Assembly (NCBI GenBank): GCA_051531975.1
Contig: JAOPTT010000016.1
Coordinates: 1-64,000 of the forward strand
Reading direction: 5' to 3'
Length of the DNA stretch: 64,000 nt
Source: Spirochaetaceae bacterium
GTDB lineage: Bacteria > Spirochaetota > Spirochaetia > DSM-2461
The notes beneath the pieces are model-generated. The model ran no database searches. It saw nothing but the letters and a program-made list of their open reading frames with translations, and was not told the origin of the DNA. A program made the position numbers and the translations under genes. Each line of letters opens with the position of its first letter. Position 1 is the stretch's first letter. Below, in pieces: positions 1 to 8,811 of this stretch.

Positions 1-524
1 TTATCTTCGAATATTTAAACTAAGCATTAAGATAGTCAAACATTTTCTAGTCGAGAAGTGGGCTAAACATTCTTTGATCAAGAAGTTTAGTGTTAGGGTT
101 ATTAAACTAGACTTTTTTATTTATAATGTCTTTCTAGAATCAATCAACATCATATTATTAATCCACTAACTCCGTACCATCGTTGCCATAGGTGTTATCT
201 TCGAATATTTAAACTAAACTTTAAGATAGTCAAACATTTTCAACAGAAAAGTTTGATGTTAGTGGGAGAGTAGGCCCAAGGCAAACAGCAATACGTATAT
301 AAGCCACCCTATAGGTTTGGTTTTTGTATTTATAAACTGAAGTTACCATATTAATACGTATCACATGATATAATTTATCTTATAATAATATACTTCTACT
401 AAAAATTGACTAAATAATATTAGATTAAGGGTCAGATAAACTATCTTTAATCAAAAAGTAGAGTTAACTTATATTTTTTTGGGTATATTAAAGGTATTTT
501 TTGTACTGCTTCTAGAATTAATCA
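1..524 (+). repeat. Degenerate ~190-bp-period non-coding repeat with conserved hairpins (truncated at left edge)
   Basis: 1-47 vs 195-241 are 45/47 identical. TTCTAGAAT(C/T)AATCA occurs at 132-146 and 510-524. A hairpin recurs at 63-90 and 230-256 with compensatory changes. No ORF >=60 aa. Confidence 0.75.
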
Positions 525-640
525 TGCAAAACTTCACAACAAACTAAATATCATTATCATCAGTAGTTTATATCAAGTATTTTTATATAAAAATATCACA
601 TAAATTAAATTCATAATGGTGTAATCAAGAAGCTATTTAT

Positions 641-841
641 TTAGTAATGTGGTGGAGGTGTATTATCTATTGGTTCTTTAATATTCTCTTCAAGTAGTGA
701 TATTTTCTCTTTAAATACACGATGAGACTCAATTAATTGTTCGATTTTTTTATCTTGTTTTATCACAATTGCATTTAATTGCCCAATATAATCTTCTAAG
801 TAGCTTATTTTAATCTCTAATTGTAAAAGTTCATCATTCAT
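641..841 (-). CDS. slyX: SlyX family protein
   Basis: 66 aa coiled coil (LEIKISYLED...QLN) ending in the SlyX signature PPPHY. Confidence 0.9.
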   Translation of the reverse strand: MNDELLQLEIKISYLEDYIGQLNAIVIKQDKKIEQLIESHRVFKEKISLLEENIKEPIDNTPPPHY

Positions 842-870
842 TCTTAGTTTATATCAGAAAATTGACTTTA

Positions 871-899
871 TTGACAGAACAAGCACAATTTTATATCTT
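871..899 (+). promoter_or_regulatory. Sigma70-type promoter, probably leaderless transcript of the TrpR-like gene
   Basis: TTGACA(871-876)-N17-TATCTT(894-899); ATG 6 nt downstream; no SD. Confidence 0.55.
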
Positions 900-905
900 T
901 AACAT

Positions 906-1202
906 ATGACAGATGAAATGAATCAAACAGCACTATTAGAATTATCAACTACTTTATCAAAAATAGACGATATTGAATTATTACAAGAATTCTTAAAATG
1001 TTTACTAACAGATAGTGAAATTAGTGAAGTTATGTCTAGATGGACACTAGTTAGAAGAATAAAAAATGGACAAACCCAGCGTAGTATAGCTGCAGAACTA
1101 GGATTGAGCCTATGTAAAATTACACGTGGTTCAAAAGAATTAAAAAAAGAAGATTCAGCTTTTAATAAAGTTATAGAAATCTTTGATGAGTCTGTTAATT
1201 AA
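906..1202 (+). CDS. TrpR/YerC-YecD family transcriptional regulator
   Basis: LLTDSEISEVMSRW...QRSIAAELGLSLCKITRGSKELK matches the Trp-repressor HTH pattern. Confidence 0.85.
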   Translation: MTDEMNQTALLELSTTLSKIDDIELLQEFLKCLLTDSEISEVMSRWTLVRRIKNGQTQRSIAAELGLSLCKITRGSKELKKEDSAFNKVIEIFDESVN

Positions 1203-2973
1203 AATATAACATACCACTATTTTGGGCAAATAATAAAAAATCATTATCAATACTATTATCAATTTGTGAACAATTTAGATTACCATCAATTTTATTTATG
1301 AAATTCATAATCTGTTTTGGATAACATTCAAAAATTACATCCCCACCATTATTAAACCAGGCAATAGCTTTAGATTTCTTTGGCTTAGATATTTTTTTTA
1401 TTGAAGATATTTCATAATAACCTTCATCAAATAGATCAAGAATAGGATAATTAAAATTTATATAACTTGCAGTGTTTGATAGTGTGGGGACTAAATTCTT
1501 CAAAGATAATTTTGCCTCTGTAGTTATATTTTTTTCTCCAAGTAGTGCTTTAGAATAAGAAGCGTGATAATTGATAATATCTTCAATCAAAGTTAAATTT
1601 TTTGGTTTATATTGAAACGATATAAACTTTTTAATTATTTCAACTTCATTTCCAACTTTTTTAGAACTATTATTATACCATTTTATAAACGTCTCAATAA
1701 AATCTATAGACGTAACATTTAATTCCTTAGTAACTTGCACAAACCATGCTGTACTTTTAGCTTTATTATAAATAAAATCGCATGCTTCTTTAAGATCATG
1801 AGATTTATTCATATCTTCTGCGGTATATGTATCTGATGTTAAAACAGTGTAAGGTGTAGAATCTAAATATTTAAGTTTCAATTTTTTAGCGTTATCCCAC
1901 AATGTTGTACCTGGAAGAACTGCTAAAGGGAATATATCTATATGGTTTGGTTGTAAAGATAATACATATTCCATACTATCTTTAAAACCTTTATAATTAT
2001 CACCTGGAAGTCCATAGATTAGGTCTAAGCCAAATATTGAACCACTATCATTTAGTAAACTAATTTTGTTAGTAAAAAGCTTCTTATTTAGTCTTCTATT
2101 AACTAGTTTTAGAATATCATCATGAGCACTTTGTATCCCAATTTGTAAAGATGCACCTATATCAGTAAACAATTGACAGATTTCATTGTCAAGAAATTCA
2201 GCACGTACTTCAAAATGAAAGTGGATATCAGTTTTTTTATCTTTAATAATTTTTAATATCTTTTTTGCCCTACTTAAATCTTTATTAAATGTAGGGTCTA
2301 GTACAAAAACTTGAGGAACTTTATTTTTAATTATAACATTTAATTCTTTTGAAATTCTTTCTAAAGAGTAATAACGAACACCTGCAAGTCCTCTGGATTC
2401 AAAACAAAAATCACAACTAAATGGACAGCCTCTTGATAATTCCCACAAATAACCATCATATTTAGTTAAGTCTAAATTTTTTGTTAAAATAGGCGAAGGT
2501 ATTATATTTAAATCTTTAATGTATCTAGTTTTATCATCATTAATGCCATCAATTTTAGTACAATCTGTCCCATCTAATAGAGATGAAATAAATTCTGAGA
2601 ATACTTCTTCACCTTCACCCTGAATAGTATAATCAATACCAAAATCAATTAAATTAGAGTAACTTGATCTAACTTCTGGACCACCTGCAACAATAATAAT
2701 ATTAGGATAAACTTTTTTTAACTCTTTACAAAGATTTATATAAAATTCTTTGTTCCATAAATAAATAGAAAACCCAATCAGATCGACTTTATACTTTGAA
2801 ATTGTATTTAAAACCTTATTTAATGTGTCATCAATAGTAAATTCTTCAATTGATATATTAAAATCGTCTAATTTGTTATTATATTTTTCAATATAAGATT
2901 TTAAAAGGGCAGGTGCCAGTGGTATAGCATCTGGAGTATTAGATATGTGTACGGATGTTAAAACAATATTCAA
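1195..2973 (-). CDS. B12-binding domain radical SAM protein
   Basis: N-terminal cobalamin-binding-like domain (GFSIYLWN, AGGPEV, GEGE); SRGCPFSCDFC CxxxCxxC motif; TTG start with AGGAG. Confidence 0.9.
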   Translation of the reverse strand: MNIVLTSVHISNTPDAIPLAPALLKSYIEKYNNKLDDFNISIEEFTIDDTLNKVLNTISKYKVDLIGFSIYLWNKEFYINLCKELKKVYPNIIIVAGGPEVRSSYSNLIDFGIDYTIQGEGEEVFSEFISSLLDGTDCTKIDGINDDKTRYIKDLNIIPSPILTKNLDLTKYDGYLWELSRGCPFSCDFCFESRGLAGVRYYSLERISKELNVIIKNKVPQVFVLDPTFNKDLSRAKKILKIIKDKKTDIHFHFEVRAEFLDNEICQLFTDIGASLQIGIQSAHDDILKLVNRRLNKKLFTNKISLLNDSGSIFGLDLIYGLPGDNYKGFKDSMEYVLSLQPNHIDIFPLAVLPGTTLWDNAKKLKLKYLDSTPYTVLTSDTYTAEDMNKSHDLKEACDFIYNKAKSTAWFVQVTKELNVTSIDFIETFIKWYNNSSKKVGNEVEIIKKFISFQYKPKNLTLIEDIINYHASYSKALLGEKNITTEAKLSLKNLVPTLSNTASYINFNYPILDLFDEGYYEISSIKKISKPKKSKAIAWFNNGGDVIFECYPKQIMNFINKIDGNLNCSQIDNSIDNDFLLFAQNSGMLYFN

Positions 2974-3047
2974 AGTTACTCCTATCGTTTGTTAACAAAA
3001 TAGTATAAGATAAATACATTTATTGCCAGTTAAATAGGGAGAATATA

Positions 3048-3980
3048 GTGCAAATACAGTGGTTTCCAGGTCATATGAATAAAACAATGCATATGATAAA
3101 GGATAACTTAGGGAAAGTAGATGTTATCATCGAGATATTAGATGCAAGGGTTCCCGTTTCTAGCAGTAATCCTATAATTACTGAACTAATTGGTGATAAA
3201 CCTAGATTAGTAGTTTTAAATAAAAGTGACCTTTCAGATCCAGAAGTTACAGATAGATGGATGGATTATTATAGAAAATTAGATCATACATTACCAGTAA
3301 AGGTTTCTAGTAAAACATTTGATAATTTAGACTCTATTTCAAAAGGATGTAAAGAGTTATGCATTGGAGCAAAATGGGCTGATAGACGTGAAGTAAGGGG
3401 TATGGTAGTAGGTATACCAAATGTTGGTAAATCTACAATTATTAATGCACTTTCTGGAAAAAAGAAAGTTGCCGTTGGTAATAAACCAGGATTAACCCGT
3501 GATTTACAAAGAATTAATATAACAAACTCATTTCAAATATATGATACTCCTGGTATATTATGGCCAAAATTTGAAGATAGAATTGTTGGGTATAATTTAG
3601 CAGCACTTGGCTCAATAAAGGATACAATTCTTGACCTTATCGCAATTTCAATTGCAGCCATTGAATATTTTATAAAACGCTATCCAGATAGATTAATTAA
3701 AAGATATAATTTAGATGAATTATCAGAAGATCCATATGAAGTTTTAAATATAATTGGTAAAAAAAGAGGTTGTCTGCAAACAGGTGGTATTATCGATCTT
3801 GATCGAGCCGTAGCTTTTTTCTTAAAAGATTTACGTGACGGTAAATTAGGTTTAATTTCACTAGAAGAACCTGAAGATATGGAAGAAAGAATTAAAATTG
3901 CATTAGAAGAGAAAATAATACGTGATGAAAAATTAAGATTACGTGAAGATAAAAAGAAGAATAAAAAAAGGAAAAGATAA
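3048..3980 (+). CDS. rbgA: Ribosome biogenesis GTPase RbgA/YlqF
   Basis: IQWFPGHM N-terminus; circularly permuted motifs NKSD, GIPNVGKS, DTPG. Confidence 0.95.
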   Translation: MQIQWFPGHMNKTMHMIKDNLGKVDVIIEILDARVPVSSSNPIITELIGDKPRLVVLNKSDLSDPEVTDRWMDYYRKLDHTLPVKVSSKTFDNLDSISKGCKELCIGAKWADRREVRGMVVGIPNVGKSTIINALSGKKKVAVGNKPGLTRDLQRINITNSFQIYDTPGILWPKFEDRIVGYNLAALGSIKDTILDLIAISIAAIEYFIKRYPDRLIKRYNLDELSEDPYEVLNIIGKKRGCLQTGGIIDLDRAVAFFLKDLRDGKLGLISLEEPEDMEERIKIALEEKIIRDEKLRLREDKKKNKKRKR

Positions 3981-4591
3981 TGAAAAAAGTAGCCTTTATT
4001 TTAATTTTATTTATACAATGTTTAAATATATTTCCTGATAATATTGTTAATATATGGGCTAATAATAATTCCCAATATATGGGTGTATCCCAAGAGAGAT
4101 TATGGTTGAAGTCATATTTCTTATCCAACTTTGAATACTATTCAACCCTAGATACTGAAACAAAAAATGGAGTATTAACTGCTATTACAGCATCAAGGGA
4201 TTTGTATTTTTTATTGGATGAATTATTAATGTTTGAAAAACAATTTGTTAAAGAAAGTATAACAATTACAAAAGAGGGTGGTATCTATCACTTTTTTGAT
4301 AATAAGATATTTTTAGAATTCTCTTTTAGTTTAGAAAAGCCTGGAGAAAAAATCTTTAACATTATTAATGAAGTTTACAAAGATAATGAAAAAACTAAAA
4401 CAATTGTTACAAATCATTACCTAGAGAGCTGGGTTATAAGAATATATTCTGCAGAAAATGTAATTTCTCCTGATATAAATACATTAGATTTCGACGATAT
4501 TATTATAACTGCAACATTGATTGGAGAATCATCTCAGTGGTTATGGGGCATTCACGATGGTGTAGATTTAATATATAAATCTCTAAAATAA
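3980..4591 (+). CDS. Hypothetical exported protein
   Basis: 203 aa with signal-peptide-like N-terminus; TAATG overlap with rbgA. Confidence 0.7.
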   Translation: MKKVAFILILFIQCLNIFPDNIVNIWANNNSQYMGVSQERLWLKSYFLSNFEYYSTLDTETKNGVLTAITASRDLYFLLDELLMFEKQFVKESITITKEGGIYHFFDNKIFLEFSFSLEKPGEKIFNIINEVYKDNEKTKTIVTNHYLESWVIRIYSAENVISPDINTLDFDDIIITATLIGESSQWLWGIHDGVDLIYKSLK

Positions 4592-4602
4592 CCCCATATA
4601 AT

Positions 4603-5619
4603 TTATTCAGGTATAGCTTTTATTTGCCATTTACCATTATCAAATCCTATCATAAAAACTGCCATTCTAGTTTTTAATAATTCTTTACCAGTTTTTTTCA
4701 TCATGTTACCTAAAAATAAGAAATCATTTTCACCTGGGATCCATTCTCTATTTTCTTCAATCCAATGGGGAAATAATTCAGAATATTCCTGGTAAGAAAT
4801 AAGTTGAGGTTTATAATTATCTTGGTAAGTAGCCAATGTAATATAAGTATCTTTTGTTATTTCTTTAAGGTTATCATATAATGGGAAGTTACTTTTATAA
4901 TATACTGTACCATTTTCTAATGAATAACATTTATCAGAAAGTAACTCTATAAACTCAGCACTGTCTTTGTTAAAAATTGTAGACATTACTTGATAAGCAA
5001 AATCAGTTGCTTGATCTTTTGTTTTTATCTTATTTTTTTTGGATAATTTAGAGAACAAATTTGTTCCTGGAAGAGTTCTTCCAGCAGCGGTTTTTGTCTT
5101 AGCGCTTTCAGACAATTTATCCCATGCCTGTAATTCTATAGCAAATATCTTTCCTGTATTCGCAGTAGTTGGTGGAGATATAATTCTAGCATATAAAGAT
5201 GCATCACCATTGTATATTCTGTCTTTACTACCATCTTCAAACTGGAACCAACCAGAAAATCCTTCTAACATTCCATTATATCCTAATGGTCTAGTAAAAT
5301 TAAAAAGTGGTTTTTTAAATGTTGATGTCATAAATTTAAACTGGAAACTAGTTTTTATTGATGGGTCAGAATCAGAGTAATTACTTCTAATTCTCCACTT
5401 TCTTATATAACCTGGAGCTGGTGGTGGGAAATCCTTAACAAATGGTTTTACAACATTATCAAGTTTTATCCATTTAGTGTTTGCTGTTAGATTAATATAT
5501 TCATTTCCATCACTATTATAAATAACTTTATTATCTACTAATCGCCAATCAGATGTATCGTCAGTATATGCTACGTTTAATAGTATACAAAAAAATATAC
5601 AAATACCTAATTTCTTCAT
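4603..5619 (-). CDS. Hypothetical exported protein
   Basis: 338 aa; signal peptide MKKLGICIFFCILLNVAYT; AGGAG SD. Confidence 0.75.
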   Translation of the reverse strand: MKKLGICIFFCILLNVAYTDDTSDWRLVDNKVIYNSDGNEYINLTANTKWIKLDNVVKPFVKDFPPPAPGYIRKWRIRSNYSDSDPSIKTSFQFKFMTSTFKKPLFNFTRPLGYNGMLEGFSGWFQFEDGSKDRIYNGDASLYARIISPPTTANTGKIFAIELQAWDKLSESAKTKTAAGRTLPGTNLFSKLSKKNKIKTKDQATDFAYQVMSTIFNKDSAEFIELLSDKCYSLENGTVYYKSNFPLYDNLKEITKDTYITLATYQDNYKPQLISYQEYSELFPHWIEENREWIPGENDFLFLGNMMKKTGKELLKTRMAVFMIGFDNGKWQIKAIPE

Positions 5620-5637
5620 TTAAAACTCCTAAAGTTA

Positions 5638-5664
5638 TTATCGGTCTGTAGATTCAAAAGTTAA
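5638..5664 (-). promoter_or_regulatory. Sigma28 (FliA)-like promoter
   Basis: Minus strand TTAA-N15-ACCGATAA, close to TAAA-N15-GCCGATAA. Confidence 0.5.
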
Positions 5665-5709
5665 TTTTTTTATCTTATTTATTGAGTAAAGTTGTGTTAA
5701 TATTATTAT

Positions 5710-6858
5710 ATGAAATATTATTTGATACTATCGTTTTTTTTTGCTTCAACAATTCTATATGGTCAATATTATACTTCTCAAGATTTTCTTTTAAAAGGTA
5801 ATGTAAATAGAGTTTCAGTTATCTGTTATGATATAGAACTTGAAGATGAACAGTTAATTGAAAGTTTTCCATATAGTACACAAAATAGATATAAAACAGA
5901 TTTAAACCTTCATTATTTAGAGTTTAATAAAAAGGGTGAATTAACTAGATCAAAATTATTCTATCCAAGAGATTTTTACGGACAATTTACATGGTTAAAA
6001 CCAGTTTTTAATCTAGAAAAATCTGACTTTGAGGGTAAAGTAAATTATTTAGCTCAAAAAAATAGGTATAATTACACCGATTTATTAGATGATAATAAAG
6101 GTATAAAAATAATTTCCGAAAATGGAACAGAGATCAATTTGATATTAGATAAAGATTATAATCTTATTGAGGATGAATATTATACATATTTAAAAACAGA
6201 TGATGAATCTAAAATTATATTAACAAAAACTCGAAAAAACTCAGCTTATGGATATAGAAGAGTTGAAAAGTTTAAAACTAATGATACTAATATTGAAGAG
6301 GAATATATCAATAATCGTTTTTTAGTATCAAAACAATCTATAATAAAAAATGCAGATTCAAATGAGAGCATATTTATATCTCAAAGTCGAATTGAATTAA
6401 AAAAAGAAGAGTTCATAAATAATAACATCGTAAATAAACTCTACGTTAACTTAACATGGAGAAACAAATTTTTAAAATGGCCTGATATTAATTTTGATAT
6501 TTCCCAGGGATATACAGAATTTCTTAAAAATTTAGAAAGGGAATCTGATCAGTATGCAGAAAAATTTGAATATGATAATAATGGTAACATTTCTATAAAA
6601 TATAATTTTAGATATAAGAATAATCAAAAAGTGTTAATTATGGTTACAGAATATTTATATAATAGTGAAGGTTTACTATTAGAGGTTATGTTAACTCCAA
6701 AATCTCAAGATGAAACAGATATATTATACAAAGAGTATAAATATGATTCTGCTGAGAACTGGATTACTAAAATAATTGGTAAAATTATAAATGTAAAAGG
6801 TGAAGTAGTTAAGATCCCTACAAAAAAATATGTAAAAACCTTAATATATTGGGACTAA
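5710..6858 (+). CDS. Hypothetical exported protein with YD-repeat-like segments
   Basis: Signal peptide; LKGNVNRV; repeated (F/Y)xYDxxGN-like motifs (FEYDNNGN, YLYNSEGLL, YKYDSAENW). Confidence 0.65.
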   Translation: MKYYLILSFFFASTILYGQYYTSQDFLLKGNVNRVSVICYDIELEDEQLIESFPYSTQNRYKTDLNLHYLEFNKKGELTRSKLFYPRDFYGQFTWLKPVFNLEKSDFEGKVNYLAQKNRYNYTDLLDDNKGIKIISENGTEINLILDKDYNLIEDEYYTYLKTDDESKIILTKTRKNSAYGYRRVEKFKTNDTNIEEEYINNRFLVSKQSIIKNADSNESIFISQSRIELKKEEFINNNIVNKLYVNLTWRNKFLKWPDINFDISQGYTEFLKNLERESDQYAEKFEYDNNGNISIKYNFRYKNNQKVLIMVTEYLYNSEGLLLEVMLTPKSQDETDILYKEYKYDSAENWITKIIGKIINVKGEVVKIPTKKYVKTLIYWD

Positions 6859-8135
6859 TCCCAGTATTTTGTCATTCTTTTGTGTAGTTGTTTTTTGTAT
6901 AAATCCCAATCTGTAATCGGGTATTTGGCAAGTCCCTCATAACAAGCTGCTTTTGCAACAGCAACACTTGCCCATTCTATAACCCGTGGATCAAATGGTT
7001 TTGGAACAATATAATTTTTACCAAAAGTAAAAGATTGACCATATGCATCAACTACTTCTTGTGGGACTTCCTCTTTTGCAAGTGCAGCTAATGCTTTTGC
7101 AGCAGCCATTTTCATACCTTCGGATATTTTAGTTGCTCTAACATCTAGGGCTCCTCTAAATATAAATGGAAAACCAAGAACATTATTTATTTGATTAGGA
7201 AAGTCACTTCTACCAGTAGCCATAATTACATCTGGTCTTGTTGAAACGGCTAGATTATAATCAATCTCTGGAGTTGGATTTGCCATAGCAAACACAATAG
7301 GGTTTTTAGCCATACCTTCTAAATATTGGGGCTTTAAAGCTCCTGCAGCACTTAAGCCAGCAAATACATCAGCATTTACTAATGCTTCTTCTAATGACCT
7401 TAGTTCAGTATCTCTTGCAAAAGGTTCTCTTTCTGGTGTTTGACTTTCTTTTGAACCTTTATATATAACTCCATTTATATCACATAAAATTAAGTTTGAT
7501 TTTTTTACACCAGCTTTAACAAACATTCTTGAAACAGAAATTCCTGCTGCACCTGCTCCATTTACAACAACTTTTAAGTTCTCAATTTTTTTTCCAGCAA
7601 CTTCTGATGCATTTATTAAGCCCGCTGTTGTAATTATTGCTGTACCGTGTTGATCATCATGAAAAACAGGAATATTACACTTTTCTATAAGCTCTTTTTC
7701 AATTCTAAAACATTCAGGGCTTTTTATATCCTCTAAATTAATACCACCAAAAGTTGGTTCCATCATCTTAACTGTTTCAATAATTTTATCAGGATCCATA
7801 GTATCTAATTCTATGTCAAAACAATCTATGTCAGCAAATCTTTTAAATAATACAGCTTTACCTTCCATAACTGGTTTACTTGCTAAAGCACCTCTATTAC
7901 CAAGCCCTAATATTGCAGTTCCATTTGTAATAACTCCAACAAGGTTTCCTTTTGCTGTATAGTCATAGGCAGCTTCTGGATCTTTATCAATCTCTAATAC
8001 AGGTTCTGCTACCCCTGGAGTATATGCAAGTGATAACTCTTCTGAACTACTGCAAGGTTTTGTCGGTACGACCTCTATTTTACCATGCATGCCTTCTTTA
8101 TGATAATTCAAAGCTCTCTCTTTCAGGTTTTTCAA
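6855..8135 (-). CDS. NAD(P)-dependent malic enzyme (MaeB-like, no PTA domain)
   Basis: LSLAYTPGVA, VMEGKAVLFK, GGINLEDI, FHDDQHGTA, ATGRSDFPNQINN. Confidence 0.95.
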   Translation of the reverse strand: MKNLKERALNYHKEGMHGKIEVVPTKPCSSSEELSLAYTPGVAEPVLEIDKDPEAAYDYTAKGNLVGVITNGTAILGLGNRGALASKPVMEGKAVLFKRFADIDCFDIELDTMDPDKIIETVKMMEPTFGGINLEDIKSPECFRIEKELIEKCNIPVFHDDQHGTAIITTAGLINASEVAGKKIENLKVVVNGAGAAGISVSRMFVKAGVKKSNLILCDINGVIYKGSKESQTPEREPFARDTELRSLEEALVNADVFAGLSAAGALKPQYLEGMAKNPIVFAMANPTPEIDYNLAVSTRPDVIMATGRSDFPNQINNVLGFPFIFRGALDVRATKISEGMKMAAAKALAALAKEEVPQEVVDAYGQSFTFGKNYIVPKPFDPRVIEWASVAVAKAACYEGLAKYPITDWDLYKKQLHKRMTKYWD

Positions 8136-8202
8136 ATTCTACTCCTACAAAAAATGTGATTCTATTATTACCTATATTTTACTTTTATTAAATAGAGATT
8201 CA

Positions 8203-8811
8203 CTATCTATAATTGTTAATTATATTTTCTCGATTTCCTTTTTCTAACATTATTAAAAGTTGTAATATCTCTGGGTGGTTGGCTATAGTTGGATCACTTT
8301 TTATAAAACTATATTCTGCTGGTGTATCTCTGTTTAAAAGTTTTAAAATCATGACCCTATTAACATGCCGGCCAAGAGTTCTTTTCTCGTTTTGACTGGT
8401 TTTGGGCATAGATTCTAATTTATTTTCTATGTTTATAAGTGCAATTTCTAGAACTTCTTTGCTTTTAGTATTATCACCTTTTATCTCAAATAAAATACCT
8501 TGAACTATTCTATTATCTATATCTTCTGGTGATAATGTTATAAGAGTGTCTATGGTAGCAATCGCATCATCATATCGCCTTAATCTTATTTCTAATGAAT
8601 ATTTTTTTTCTTTTAAAGATTGGTGTTCTGGATAAATCTCTTCCATTACCTCTATCTCTTTAATAACTCTATCAACAAGATCTGGATCATTAGTTTTTAA
8701 AGCTAGATCTATATTATCTTCTACATTAAACAGTGACCTAATATTCTTTTTTTTATCTCCACAAGAGAGTAGAGTCAGTAAAATAATTAAAATACTAAAT
8801 ATCTTTTTCAT
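8203..8811 (-). CDS. TPR-like lipoprotein
   Basis: Lipobox LLSC; helical TPR-like repeats. Confidence 0.65.
   Translation of the reverse strand: MKKIFSILIILLTLLSCGDKKKNIRSLFNVEDNIDLALKTNDPDLVDRVIKEIEVMEEIYPEHQSLKEKKYSLEIRLRRYDDAIATIDTLITLSPEDIDNRIVQGILFEIKGDNTKSKEVLEIALINIENKLESMPKTSQNEKRTLGRHVNRVMILKLLNRDTPAEYSFIKSDPTIANHPEILQLLIMLEKGNRENIINNYR

Noticed and set aside
1..241. 47-bp direct repeat as a CRISPR array
   Set aside because: Only two visible copies, a ~147-bp structured spacer and no cas genes in the window.
162..266. Integron attC site (CTAAC...GTTAG ends)
   Set aside because: The interior is a multi-arm junction without L''/L' complementarity, and there are no cassette ORFs between units.
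257..285. 5S rRNA-like GTGGGAGAGTAGG (and 16S-like CTAACTCCGT at 166-175)
   Set aside because: Matches are only 10-13 nt and the flanks do not continue rRNA sequence.
279..348. c-di-GMP-I riboswitch (GGCAAAC...AAGCC...AGTTACC)
   Set aside because: It lacks the GNRA-capped P2 stem and the GACGCAAA junction, and no plus-strand gene lies directly downstream.
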